Below, in pieces: positions 19,567-28,487 of a stretch of 64,000 nucleotides of DNA. The position numbers and the translations under genes are program-made. This DNA comes from an uncultured Acidobacteriota bacterium. GTDB taxonomy: Bacteria; Acidobacteriota; Thermoanaerobaculia; UBA5066. The stretch covers positions 1,792,001 to 1,856,000 of the forward strand of contig CAVZYA010000001.1 of assembly GCA_963779415.1 (NCBI GenBank), in the 5' to 3' direction. Under the pieces are notes generated by a model, which was not told where the DNA came from, did not search any database, and saw only the letters and a program-made list of their open reading frames with translations. The stretch's first letter is position 1. Each line of letters starts with the position of its first letter.

Positions 19567-21066
19567 ATGTCGGTTCGCGCCGCGGGCATCCTTCTCCACC
19601 CGACATCGCTCCCGGGCCGCTTCGGCGTCGGCGACCTCGGCCCGGCCGCCGATGCCTTCCTGGACTGGCTGGCTTCCGCCGGGATCGGGCTCTGGCAGGT
19701 GATGCCCCTCGGCCCGACCGGCTACTGGAACTCGCCTTACAACAATCTCTCGGCTTTCGCCGGCAACTCGCTCCTGATCTCGCCCGAGCAGCTCGTCCTC
19801 GACGGATTTCTTCCAGCGTCGGCTCTCGACGCCGCACCGCCGTTTCCGGAAGACCACGTCGACTTCGGCGCCGTCATCACGTGGAAGCGCCGCCTCCTCC
19901 AGACTTCGTGGAAGCACGCGCTCGCGAACCGCCCCTCTCTCCGGGAGGAGCTGCGCGCCTTCGAGGAAGAGCCGGCCCAGAAGCGCTGGCTTTCCGACTG
20001 GACGCTCTTCGCGTCGCTCGTGGGGCGGAACCGGACCGTCACCTGGGCCGAATGGCCGCGCGAGATCATCGAGCACGAGCCTGCCGCACTCGAGGCGGCC
20101 CGGCGCGATCTGGCCGGGGAGATCGAGTTCCGGACCTACCGGCAATGGATCTTCTTCTCGCAATGGGAGCGGGTGAGGCGCGAGGCGCACGCACGAGGGA
20201 TACGGATCGTCGGGGACCTGCCGATCTACGTCGCCTTCGGGAGCGCCGACGTCTGGGCGAATCGAGACTTCTTCACCGTGGACGCGGACGGACGGCCGGA
20301 GACCGTGGCCGGCGTTCCCCCCGACTATTTCAGCCCGACCGGGCAGCTCTGGGGCAACCCGCTCTACCGCTGGGACGTCCTTGCGAAGGACGGATACGGC
20401 TGGTGGATCGACCGCCTTCGCCACAACTTCCGCCTCGCCGACATCGTCCGGATCGACCATTTCCGCGGCCTTTCGGCGTACTGGGAGGTGAAGGCGGGCG
20501 AGCCGACGGCGCGGAACGGCCGGTGGGTGAAAGGGCCGGGAATGGAGCTTCTTTCGGAGGTCCGCCGCGCTCTCGGCGAGCCGGCGATCATCGCCGAGGA
20601 TCTCGGTTCGATCGACGACGACGTCAAGGCCCTCCTCGCGGCCACGGGCATTCCCGGCATGGAGGTTCTCCAGTTCGCCTTCGACGGCGAGGACAGCCTC
20701 TTCCTTCCCCACCACCACACGCCGAACTCCGTCGTCTACACCGGGACGCACGACAACGACACCGCGCGAGGCTGGTGGGCGGCGCTCGACGAGACGACCC
20801 GCAGCAAGGTCCGGGACTATCTCGGCACTGACGGACGCGAGATCGCGTGGGACCTGATCCGCGCGGCGCTCACGTCCGTGGCCGATCGCGCCATCGTTCC
20901 GATGCAGGACGTCGCCGGCCTCGGGAGCGAGGCGCGGATGAACACGCCCGGCCGGGCCGAAGGGAACTGGTCGTGGCGCGCCCGGCCCGAGCACTTCTCG
21001 GAGGACGCGGCCTCGCGTCTCCGGCGGCTCGTCCGCCTCTCGGGGCGCCTCGCCGGCGCCCCCTGA
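19567..21066 (+). CDS. malQ: 4-alpha-glucanotransferase (amylomaltase, GH77)
   Basis: GILLHPTSLPG, SAFAGN, GDLPIYV, GVPPDYFSPTGQLWGNPLY, RIDHFRG, IIAEDLG, YTGTHDNDT. Confidence 0.96.
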   Translation: MSVRAAGILLHPTSLPGRFGVGDLGPAADAFLDWLASAGIGLWQVMPLGPTGYWNSPYNNLSAFAGNSLLISPEQLVLDGFLPASALDAAPPFPEDHVDFGAVITWKRRLLQTSWKHALANRPSLREELRAFEEEPAQKRWLSDWTLFASLVGRNRTVTWAEWPREIIEHEPAALEAARRDLAGEIEFRTYRQWIFFSQWERVRREAHARGIRIVGDLPIYVAFGSADVWANRDFFTVDADGRPETVAGVPPDYFSPTGQLWGNPLYRWDVLAKDGYGWWIDRLRHNFRLADIVRIDHFRGLSAYWEVKAGEPTARNGRWVKGPGMELLSEVRRALGEPAIIAEDLGSIDDDVKALLAATGIPGMEVLQFAFDGEDSLFLPHHHTPNSVVYTGTHDNDTARGWWAALDETTRSKVRDYLGTDGREIAWDLIRAALTSVADRAIVPMQDVAGLGSEARMNTPGRAEGNWSWRARPEHFSEDAASRLRRLVRLSGRLAGAP

Positions 21067-21113
21067 GCCGCGCCGGATCGCGCCGTCCACCCGCTCGCGG
21101 TATCGTTCCTGAC

Positions 21114-21695
21114 ATGGACGGCGGGTTCGTCCGTCGGATCCCGACGCCGGAAGAAGAGCGTGAGCGGCTTGCCCGGCCGGTTCCGTCCTATCCGCCGGGG
21201 CACGAAGAAGATGTCGTCCTGAAAGACGGGACCTCCCTTCACCTCCGTCCGATCCGCCCCGACGACGGTCCCGAGCTCCTGAAGCTCTACGACAAGCTCT
21301 CGAACACCAGCCTCTATCACCGCTTCTTCGTCGTCCCGCCGAAGGACGCCTCGAAGGCCGACTATCTCGCCCACGTCGATTACGAGAACCAGTTCGCCCT
21401 CGTGGCCGCGGCGAACGGCGAGGTCGTGGCCGTGGCGCGATACCACCGCGACGACTCCCGTCACGAGCACGCCGAGGTCGCCTTCACGGTCGCGGACTCC
21501 CTCCAGAGGAAGGGAATCGGGTCGATCCTCCTCTCGCGCCTCGCGGCCATCGCGCGTGAACGCGGCGTCACCGTCTTCGACGCCGAGGTGATGTCGGACA
21601 ACGCCGGGATGATCCGGGTCTTCGAGAAATCCGGCCTCGCCCTGACACGGCGGACCGAGGGGGAGATCCTGCGGTTCGAGATCGCCCTAGGATGA
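21114..21695 (+). CDS. GNAT N-acetyltransferase (similar to the GNAT domain of protein lysine acetyltransferases)
   Basis: LRPIRPDD, SLYHRFF, VDYENQFALVA, AEVAFTVAD..QRKGIGS, NAGMIRVF. Confidence 0.88.
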   Translation: MDGGFVRRIPTPEEERERLARPVPSYPPGHEEDVVLKDGTSLHLRPIRPDDGPELLKLYDKLSNTSLYHRFFVVPPKDASKADYLAHVDYENQFALVAAANGEVVAVARYHRDDSRHEHAEVAFTVADSLQRKGIGSILLSRLAAIARERGVTVFDAEVMSDNAGMIRVFEKSGLALTRRTEGEILRFEIALG

Positions 21696-21729
21696 GGCCC
21701 CGGGCCGCCCCCTATACTCGAATCGCCGG

Positions 21730-22860
21730 ATGACCTCCGAAGCCCTTCCATCGAGCATCGGCCGCTATCAGGTCCGGCGACTCCTGGGCCGGGGCGGGAT
21801 GGGAGAGGTCTATCTCTGCGCCGATCCGGCGCTCGGCCGCCAGGTCGCGATCAAGATCCTGCCGGCGGCACTCGCGACCGACGAGAAGATGCGGGGACGG
21901 TTCCTGAACGAGGCGCGGGCCGTGGCCGGGATCAACCACCCGAACGTCATCACGATTCACGACGTCGGCCTCACGGACCCGCGGGACGTCGGGCTCCCCC
22001 CCGGCCTCCTCTACCTCGTCCTCGAGTACCTCGAGGGGCTCGCCGTCGACGAGATCATGGAGAAGCGCCGCCTCACCCTGGACGAGTGCCTCGACATCGG
22101 CATCCAGATGCTCGACGGCCTCAAGGCGGCGCACCAGAAGCGGATCCTCCACCGCGACGTCACGCCCGCGAACGTCATCGTCCGGCCGGACGGGCGGGTG
22201 AAGCTGCTCGACTTCGGTCTCTCGAAGCTCCTGAAAGAAGGGGCGAAGGACACCTCGACGGCCCCGCGCCAGACCGGAGAGGGGATGATCGTCGGAACGC
22301 TCGACTACCTGAGCCCCGAGCAGGCGCTCGGAAACCCGCTCGACGAGCGCTCGGATCTCTTCTCTTTCGGAATCGTCCTTTATCAGATGCTGACCGGCAC
22401 GCACCCCTTCGCGAGCAAGAGCGTCACGCAGATGGTTGCCCGGATGATGACGCAGTCCCCACACCCGATCACGGAGTCGATGGCCGTTCCCGAGAGTCTC
22501 CGGCAGATTCTCGCCCGTGCGCTCCAGAAGGAAGCGGCCGACCGCTACGGAAGCGCGGCGCAGATGATGCTCGATCTGATGGAGGCGCGGCGCGAGCTGG
22601 GCGTCGCCTCCGGCGGCCCCTCTTCGGTCCACCTGCCGGGATCGGTCACAGCGCCGCCCGCCGTCCCGAGGACGGGCCCCCTCGCGCCGCACTCTCCCCG
22701 GGACGGCGCCTCCGTCCCGAAGCCCGCCGTCCGTGACGGGACGACGGGGCCGATGCCGAAGCTCCGCCGGCCCCTGCCGCGCGCCGCCCTGGGAGCCCTC
22801 ATCGTCGGGGCCCTTCTCGTGATGGCGGCGGTCGTCTTCTTCCTCTCCGTCCGCTTCTGA
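21730..22860 (+). CDS. Hanks-type Ser/Thr protein kinase with C-terminal TM anchor
   Basis: LGRGGMGEVY, VAIK, HRDVTPAN, DFGLSK, GTLDYLSPEQ, SDLFSFG. Confidence 0.93.
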   Translation: MTSEALPSSIGRYQVRRLLGRGGMGEVYLCADPALGRQVAIKILPAALATDEKMRGRFLNEARAVAGINHPNVITIHDVGLTDPRDVGLPPGLLYLVLEYLEGLAVDEIMEKRRLTLDECLDIGIQMLDGLKAAHQKRILHRDVTPANVIVRPDGRVKLLDFGLSKLLKEGAKDTSTAPRQTGEGMIVGTLDYLSPEQALGNPLDERSDLFSFGIVLYQMLTGTHPFASKSVTQMVARMMTQSPHPITESMAVPESLRQILARALQKEAADRYGSAAQMMLDLMEARRELGVASGGPSSVHLPGSVTAPPAVPRTGPLAPHSPRDGASVPKPAVRDGTTGPMPKLRRPLPRAALGALIVGALLVMAAVVFFLSVRF

Positions 22861-22909
22861 CCGGGCCCGCCCTCCGTCCGTTCCCGCATCGAGCCGGAGA
22901 CGCCGAAGG

Positions 22910-23599
22910 TCATCTTCCGAGGAGCTCGAGAATCCTTTCGTACTCTTCCGGGAGCCGGGCTTCGATGTCGAGGCCCATCTCCCGGATCTCGATCCTCTCC
23001 GCATGCAGCAGCGGCCGGGTCAGGCGCGCGAGCGCCTCCCGCTTCTTCGGGTCTTTCACGCCGTGCCAGCGCGCGACGCCGCCGTAGAAGTCGTCCCCCG
23101 CGATCGGGTGCCCCTTCGCCGCGAGGTGGACGCGGATCTGATGCGTCCGTCCGGTCTCGGGGGTGAGCCGGAGGTCCGCGAGCGACGGATAGCGCCGGAC
23201 CGTCTCGTAGCGGGTCGAGGCCGGCTTGCCGTCACGGGCGACGCGCATCTTCCGGCCGTCCTTCGGGTCCCGCGCGAGAGCGAGGTCGATCCTCCCTCGG
23301 GCCGGGACCGGATGGCCCCAGACGATCGCGCGGTATGTCTTCCGCGCCTTCTTCTCCTGCAGGGCGCGGGAGAGCGCCCGATGGGCCGTCTCCGTCTTCG
23401 CGAGCAGAACGACGCCGGTCGTTCCGACGTCGAGACGGTGGACGAGGCGCGGGAGCGGCTCTTCGACGGAGAGACCGCACGCATGCAGAAGCCGCCGCAC
23501 CGCCTCCTCCGCCGAGCCCGGGCGCGAGGACGTCGCCATCGAGACCCCGGCCGGTTTGTCCAGAGCGAGGATCTCCTCGCTCTCGAAGAGGAGCCTCAC
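22910..23599 (-). CDS. RluA-family pseudouridine synthase
   Basis: DKPAG, VHRLDVGTTG, ETGRTHQIRVH, HPIAGD, LLHA. Confidence 0.93.
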   Translation of the reverse strand: MRLLFESEEILALDKPAGVSMATSSRPGSAEEAVRRLLHACGLSVEEPLPRLVHRLDVGTTGVVLLAKTETAHRALSRALQEKKARKTYRAIVWGHPVPARGRIDLALARDPKDGRKMRVARDGKPASTRYETVRRYPSLADLRLTPETGRTHQIRVHLAAKGHPIAGDDFYGGVARWHGVKDPKKREALARLTRPLLHAERIEIREMGLDIEARLPEEYERILELLGR

Positions 23600-24420
23600 C
23601 CGTTAGGCGTCTGGGCGTCCTTGAAGATCGACGGCGGCGGCGTCTTCTTCGGCTTCGGCCTCTCGACCTGGTCCGTCGTCTTCCCGTCGAACGGTTTCTG
23701 GAGCGGCACGCGCGCCGCCACATGGTCGCCAACGGCGAGCCCCTCGGGAACGGGGGCGCCGTCCGCGATCGAGAGAACCCGCTTGCGCCCGCTCGATTCG
23801 ACGATCGTGATCGACACCCCCTTCGAAAAAGCGGTCACTTTGCCGGTCACCATCATGAAGGCCGCGCCGAGGACGGCCTTGCCCCGCGGCGGCGGCGGTC
23901 CCGGCTGCGTCGTCGCGGGGGGCGCCGAGACGCTTCCGGAAGGCGGGGCGGCGCCCGGCGGAGCCTGGGTAGGTGGCGGCGCGGCCGGGGCGGGGGGCGC
24001 CGCCGTCGGGGCGAGGGGCGGCGCGGACGGAACGCCGGTCGTGAGGCCGGTCACGCGGAAGCGGCCGTCGCTCGTCTGCCGGACGAGGAAGTTGATCGTC
24101 CCGCCGGGGCGGAGGTCGGGCGGAAAGATGATGGTCGACGGCACCGGCACCACGCGCGTCGCCCCGTTCGGGAGGAGGACCGTGATCGACCGTCCGTCCT
24201 CCCACTGGATGACCTGCGCCTGGACGGAGAGCTCCGGCCCCGTCACCTCGGAGTTCACGATCTCCTGGCCGCCGATCCGGATCTCCTGGTTCCCGGAATA
24301 GCCGGGCCATCCGGGGACGACGACGGTCTCCGTCGCCGTCCTGTCCGCCGACTGCTGCGCGTTGGCGTGAGCGGCGAGAACGAGAGCGAGCAGTATGGCG
24401 GTGGGGCACGATCGGTTCAT
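23596..24420 (-). CDS. Secreted hypothetical protein with two related beta-rich (OB-fold-like) modules and a Pro-rich linker
   Basis: TAGAAT and GGAGG upstream of ATG 24420; signal peptide ending AHANA; internal duplication. Confidence 0.7.
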   Translation of the reverse strand: MNRSCPTAILLALVLAAHANAQQSADRTATETVVVPGWPGYSGNQEIRIGGQEIVNSEVTGPELSVQAQVIQWEDGRSITVLLPNGATRVVPVPSTIIFPPDLRPGGTINFLVRQTSDGRFRVTGLTTGVPSAPPLAPTAAPPAPAAPPPTQAPPGAAPPSGSVSAPPATTQPGPPPPRGKAVLGAAFMMVTGKVTAFSKGVSITIVESSGRKRVLSIADGAPVPEGLAVGDHVAARVPLQKPFDGKTTDQVERPKPKKTPPPSIFKDAQTPNG

Positions 24421-24443
24421 GGCGGAATGCCTCCGGGGGAATT

Positions 24444-25730
24444 CTATTCCGCAGCCGTCTTCCGCCGCCCGACCGGAAGCCGTGCCGCCGCGGCGAGCTG
24501 GACGACCGCGAAGACGAGAAGCACCCCAAAGACCGGGAGGAGCGCTTGCCGGAGCGCCGTCCGGACTCCGGGCGGCACGACGGCGTCGGGGCGAAGGAGC
24601 GCCGCCGCCGAGTCCGGCGCGACGCCGAGCCGGGCGAAGAGGAGAGCGCCGAGGCCGACGACGCCGGCCGACCCGCCCACCGTCCGGAAGAACGGGACGA
24701 GGCTGGTCGCCATGCCGCGCCGAGCCTCGGGGACCACGTGCTGGACGGCGAGGAGCTGCGCGAGCGACGACGGCCCGAGGCCGAGCCCCACGAGACCGCA
24801 CGCGATGCTGATCACCGGCGTCGGCGCGCCGAGCCGCACGGCGACGACGAGGCCGGCGAGACCGAGAGAGACGAGGACCGCTCCGGAGAGGGCGGTCCTC
24901 CGGAAGCCGTGGCGCGGCAGCGTCCGGCCGGCCACGACGGCGGAGAGCGCCCAGGCGAAGACGAGGGGCGTCACGACGGCGCCGGCCGCGTGCGCGGTCC
25001 CTCCGAGCGCCCCCTGCACGTAGAGGGGGACGTAGGCCGTCACGCCGTAGATCGTCGTACCGAGAAGGACGCTCGCGAGGTACGCGGCCGCGGTCCCCTC
25101 CTCACGGAAGAGCCCCGAGAAGGCGGGAGACGCCGTTGCCGGGATTCGCGTCGTCTCCACCATCTGCGTGGCGACGAGGAGTCCCGCGAGAAGGCCCAAC
25201 GGGAGGATCGGGGCGAAGACCCAGCGCCAGCCGAGCGAGGTGGTCACGAGCGCCCCCGCCACCGGCCCGATGAGGCTCGCCGCGCCCCAGACGCCGCTGA
25301 AGAGGCCCTGCACCCGCGCCCGCTCTTCGAGCGAGAAGAGGTCCCCCGCGACCGTCATCGAGACGGGGACGAGCCCCCCGGCGCCGAGGCCCTGAAGAGC
25401 GCGCGCCGCGACGAGGAAGCTCATCGAATGCGCCGCGGCGCAGAGGAGGGACCCCCCTGCGAAGAGGACGACGGCGGAGAGGAGCGTTCGGCGCCGCCCG
25501 TGGAGATCGGCGAGCCGGCCGTAGAGCGGCATCGTCAGCGTGGAGGCGAGAAGGAAGACGGCGAAGACCCACGGGTAGAGACGGAGCCCCTGGAGCTCTC
25601 CGACGATCGTCGGCAGCGCGGTCGCGACGACCGTCGACTCGAACGAGGCGAGCGCCGTGACGAGAAGGAGCGCGAAGGTGACGCGCCGGCGCCTCCGGGG
25701 GTCGAACCGAGGAGCTTGCGTCGCCGACAT
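24444..25730 (-). CDS. MFS drug:H+ antiporter (DHA2-like, shortened)
   Basis: ESTVVATALPTI, YGRLADLHGRR, ARALQGLGAGG, GPVAG...WRWVF. Confidence 0.88.
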   Translation of the reverse strand: MSATQAPRFDPRRRRRVTFALLLVTALASFESTVVATALPTIVGELQGLRLYPWVFAVFLLASTLTMPLYGRLADLHGRRRTLLSAVVLFAGGSLLCAAAHSMSFLVAARALQGLGAGGLVPVSMTVAGDLFSLEERARVQGLFSGVWGAASLIGPVAGALVTTSLGWRWVFAPILPLGLLAGLLVATQMVETTRIPATASPAFSGLFREEGTAAAYLASVLLGTTIYGVTAYVPLYVQGALGGTAHAAGAVVTPLVFAWALSAVVAGRTLPRHGFRRTALSGAVLVSLGLAGLVVAVRLGAPTPVISIACGLVGLGLGPSSLAQLLAVQHVVPEARRGMATSLVPFFRTVGGSAGVVGLGALLFARLGVAPDSAAALLRPDAVVPPGVRTALRQALLPVFGVLLVFAVVQLAAAARLPVGRRKTAAE

Positions 25731-25792
25731 CGGGGCGCAGCCTAGCAGCCGGCACGCCCGCCCCGGTCTAGAATTGCCGCCCGCGAGGGACC

Positions 25793-26503
25793 ATGGAGCT
25801 GAAGGATCGCGTCGTCCTCGTCACGGGAGCTGGTCGCGGCATCGGCCGCGCCCTCGCCCATGCCTTCGCCGCCGAAGGGGCGCACGTCGCGCTTCAGGGG
25901 AAGACGAAGAAGAACATCGAGAAAGTCCAGCGCGAGCTGAAGGGGACCGGCGTACGGACGGTCCTTCTCGCGGGCGACGTCGCCGACGAGGGAGCCGTGT
26001 CGCGCTGCGTCGCGGCCGCGGAACAGCAGCTCGGCCCCATCGACGTCCTCGTCAACAACGCGGGGATCTTCGCGACGGGCCCCGTCGACCGGATGGACGC
26101 CCTCGTTTTCGACCGGGTCCTCGCCGTCAACCTTCGCGGGCCTTTCCTGATGTCGCGCGCCGTCCTCCCCGGCATGAAGGCCCGCAAGCGCGGGCACATC
26201 GTGAACATCGCCTCCACCGCGGGGCGCCGCGGCTTCCCGGGCGGCGGGGCATACTGCGCGTCGAAATTCGGCCTCGCCGGGCTTTCCGAGGCGATGCGCT
26301 ACGACACCCGGGCCTTCGACGTCCGCGTCACCTGCGTCTTCCCCTCCTCCGTCGCGACGGACCTCGCGCGCGAGCACGATGCCGGACTGAACGAGGCGCG
26401 GGCCATCCAGCCGGAGGACGTGGCTCGGGCGGTCGTCGCGCTCGTCCGGATGGACGACCGCGCGATGACGACGAGTCTCGAGATCTGGCAGACGAATCCG
26501 TGA
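25793..26503 (+). CDS. SDR-family oxidoreductase
   Basis: TGAGRGIG, NNAG, YCASK. Confidence 0.93.
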   Translation: MELKDRVVLVTGAGRGIGRALAHAFAAEGAHVALQGKTKKNIEKVQRELKGTGVRTVLLAGDVADEGAVSRCVAAAEQQLGPIDVLVNNAGIFATGPVDRMDALVFDRVLAVNLRGPFLMSRAVLPGMKARKRGHIVNIASTAGRRGFPGGGAYCASKFGLAGLSEAMRYDTRAFDVRVTCVFPSSVATDLAREHDAGLNEARAIQPEDVARAVVALVRMDDRAMTTSLEIWQTNP

Positions 26504-27204
26504 GCCTGCCGCGCCACCGGCATTCGGAGCAGCACTTCGAGGGATCGGAGATCGTCCGGGACGTCGTTCTCGGGATGTCCGACGGCCTCACGGTCCCGTT
26601 CGCCCTCGCGGCGGGTCTCTCGGGCGCCATCGCAAGCTCGCGCGTCGTCCTGATCGCCGGCGCGGCGGAGCTGGCGGCCGGCGCCATCGCGATGGGGCTC
26701 GGCGGCTATCTCGCGGCCCAGAGCGAGGCCGACAGCTACCGGAGCGAGCGGAAACGCGAGTACGACGAGATCCACGACATTCCGGAGGAGGAGCGCGAGG
26801 AGGTCCGGAAGATCTTCGCCTCGTGGGGCCTCGAGGGCGAGACGCTCGAGGACGCGACGGGAGCCGTCTGCGCCGAGCCGACGCGCTGGGTCGACTTCAT
26901 GATGCGCGAGGAGCTGCATCTGACCGAGCCCGACCCGGGCCGGGCCCGCGTCTCGGCGATGACGATCGGCGGCGCCTACGTGGCGGGCGGGGCGATCCCG
27001 CTCGCCCCGTATCTCTTCGCCGGCACGGTCTCGACGGCCCTCGCCGCCTCCTGCGCCGTGACGCTTTCGGCCCTGGCCCTGTTCGGGGCGGTCAAGGGGC
27101 GGCTCACCGGCCGCCCCGTGCTCCGCGAGGCGGTTCGGACGGTCCTCGTCGGCGCCATCGCGTCCGGAGCGGCCTTCCTTCTGGCGAAGCTGATCTCGGG
27201 ATGA
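26500..27204 (+). CDS. VIT1/CCC1 iron/manganese transporter
   Basis: RDVVLGMSDGLTVPFALAAGL, AGAIAMGLGGYLA, WVDFMMREEL; GTGA overlap with the SDR stop. Confidence 0.92.
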   Translation: MSLPRHRHSEQHFEGSEIVRDVVLGMSDGLTVPFALAAGLSGAIASSRVVLIAGAAELAAGAIAMGLGGYLAAQSEADSYRSERKREYDEIHDIPEEEREEVRKIFASWGLEGETLEDATGAVCAEPTRWVDFMMREELHLTEPDPGRARVSAMTIGGAYVAGGAIPLAPYLFAGTVSTALAASCAVTLSALALFGAVKGRLTGRPVLREAVRTVLVGAIASGAAFLLAKLISG

Positions 27205-27220
27205 GCGCGCCGGCCGCGGC

Positions 27221-28420
27221 TCAGCGCGCGCCTCTCATCTCGTAGACGAAGCCCATGCCGGGCGTCTTCTTCGCCGCGAGCGCGGAGCGGAAGGCCTTCG
27301 CCTCCTCGGCCGTCCGGAACTCGCCGACGACGACCCGGTACCAGATCCCCTTCCCGCCCAGATCCACCTCGACGGCCCGGGCGGGTCTTTCGAACTCCGA
27401 CGCGAGCTTCGCGGCGTCGGCCGCCGCGGCCGCACGGTCCTGATGCGACGCGAAATGGACGATGAAGACGGGAGAACGCCCCGCCCAGTCCCGGGTGACG
27501 AACGAGGCGACGCGTCCCGGTGCGGGCGTGGAAGCGGCCCGGGTCTTCGCCGCGGGGCGCGGTGCGACCCTCGGCTTTTCGGGAGCCGGTTTCGTCGGTG
27601 CCGGCTTTGGCGGGACGGAGACCCCGGCGGGCGTCGTCACCGGGGTCGGAACGGCCGCCGCGACCGGCGTGCTCGCCGGAGGAAGAGCCGGCGGCGCCGG
27701 CAGCTCGACCTTCGTCGCCGAAGCGTTTCTTCCCCCCGCCGGGAGGGGCGCCAGGAGCCGGGCGACGACCCAGACGAGACCGGCCCCGACGACGACGATC
27801 GCGGCGATCGCGAGAACCCAGAGGCTTCGCCACGCGGCGGCGTCCCGCGGCTCTTTCGGTTCCGTTGGTTCCGACGCTTCCGGCACGCTCTCCTCGGGCG
27901 CCTCGCTGAGGTCGAACTCCGCCGCGCCCGTCGTGGCAGGCATGGAAACGTCCCATTCCGGCTCCGCGGGCGCGGACCCTACCGGCGCCACGACCGCGGC
28001 GGGGACCTCGCCGCTCGACCTCTCCCAGCCGAGGTCGTCGCTCGTGGCTGCGGCGAACGGCTCCTCCGGAGGTTCGTACAGAGCCGGCAGGACCGGTTCG
28101 ACGGCGGCGGGAGGCTTTTCGGGGAGCGGAGGCGGGCCGGGAGGCGCCTCGACGAAGAGATCCGGTTGCTTCGGAGTCACGCCCTCGGGGCGAAGCGCCC
28201 GGTACCGCTCCCCGGCGCGCGCGACGAGCTCTTCGAGCGGGGCGGCCTCGAGCCCCTGCTTCACCCTCGCGAGTTCCTCGGTGACGACTTCGCGCGAGAC
28301 GCGGTAGAGAGCGGCGGGATCGGCCGAGACCCGACGGGAGAGCGCCGCGGCGACCTCCGCGACAGACGGGAGAATCCGCCTCGCCCCGCCTCGCCGATCG
28401 CCCGGAGGTGTCGCGCTCAA
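27221..28420 (-). CDS. Bitopic SPOR-domain protein with a small N-terminal cytoplasmic helical domain
   Basis: One TM (SLWVLAIAAIVVVGAGLVWVV), Pro-rich linkers, C-terminal FIVHFAS...GIWYRVVVGEFRTAEEA (SPOR). Confidence 0.85.
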   Translation of the reverse strand: MSATPPGDRRGGARRILPSVAEVAAALSRRVSADPAALYRVSREVVTEELARVKQGLEAAPLEELVARAGERYRALRPEGVTPKQPDLFVEAPPGPPPLPEKPPAAVEPVLPALYEPPEEPFAAATSDDLGWERSSGEVPAAVVAPVGSAPAEPEWDVSMPATTGAAEFDLSEAPEESVPEASEPTEPKEPRDAAAWRSLWVLAIAAIVVVGAGLVWVVARLLAPLPAGGRNASATKVELPAPPALPPASTPVAAAVPTPVTTPAGVSVPPKPAPTKPAPEKPRVAPRPAAKTRAASTPAPGRVASFVTRDWAGRSPVFIVHFASHQDRAAAAADAAKLASEFERPARAVEVDLGGKGIWYRVVVGEFRTAEEAKAFRSALAAKKTPGMGFVYEMRGAR

Positions 28421-28487
28421 TCCGCCCCCACGGGCCGCCCCGGGCCGACCGGCCGATGGTCACTCACCGACGGATCCGGGAAGGCCT

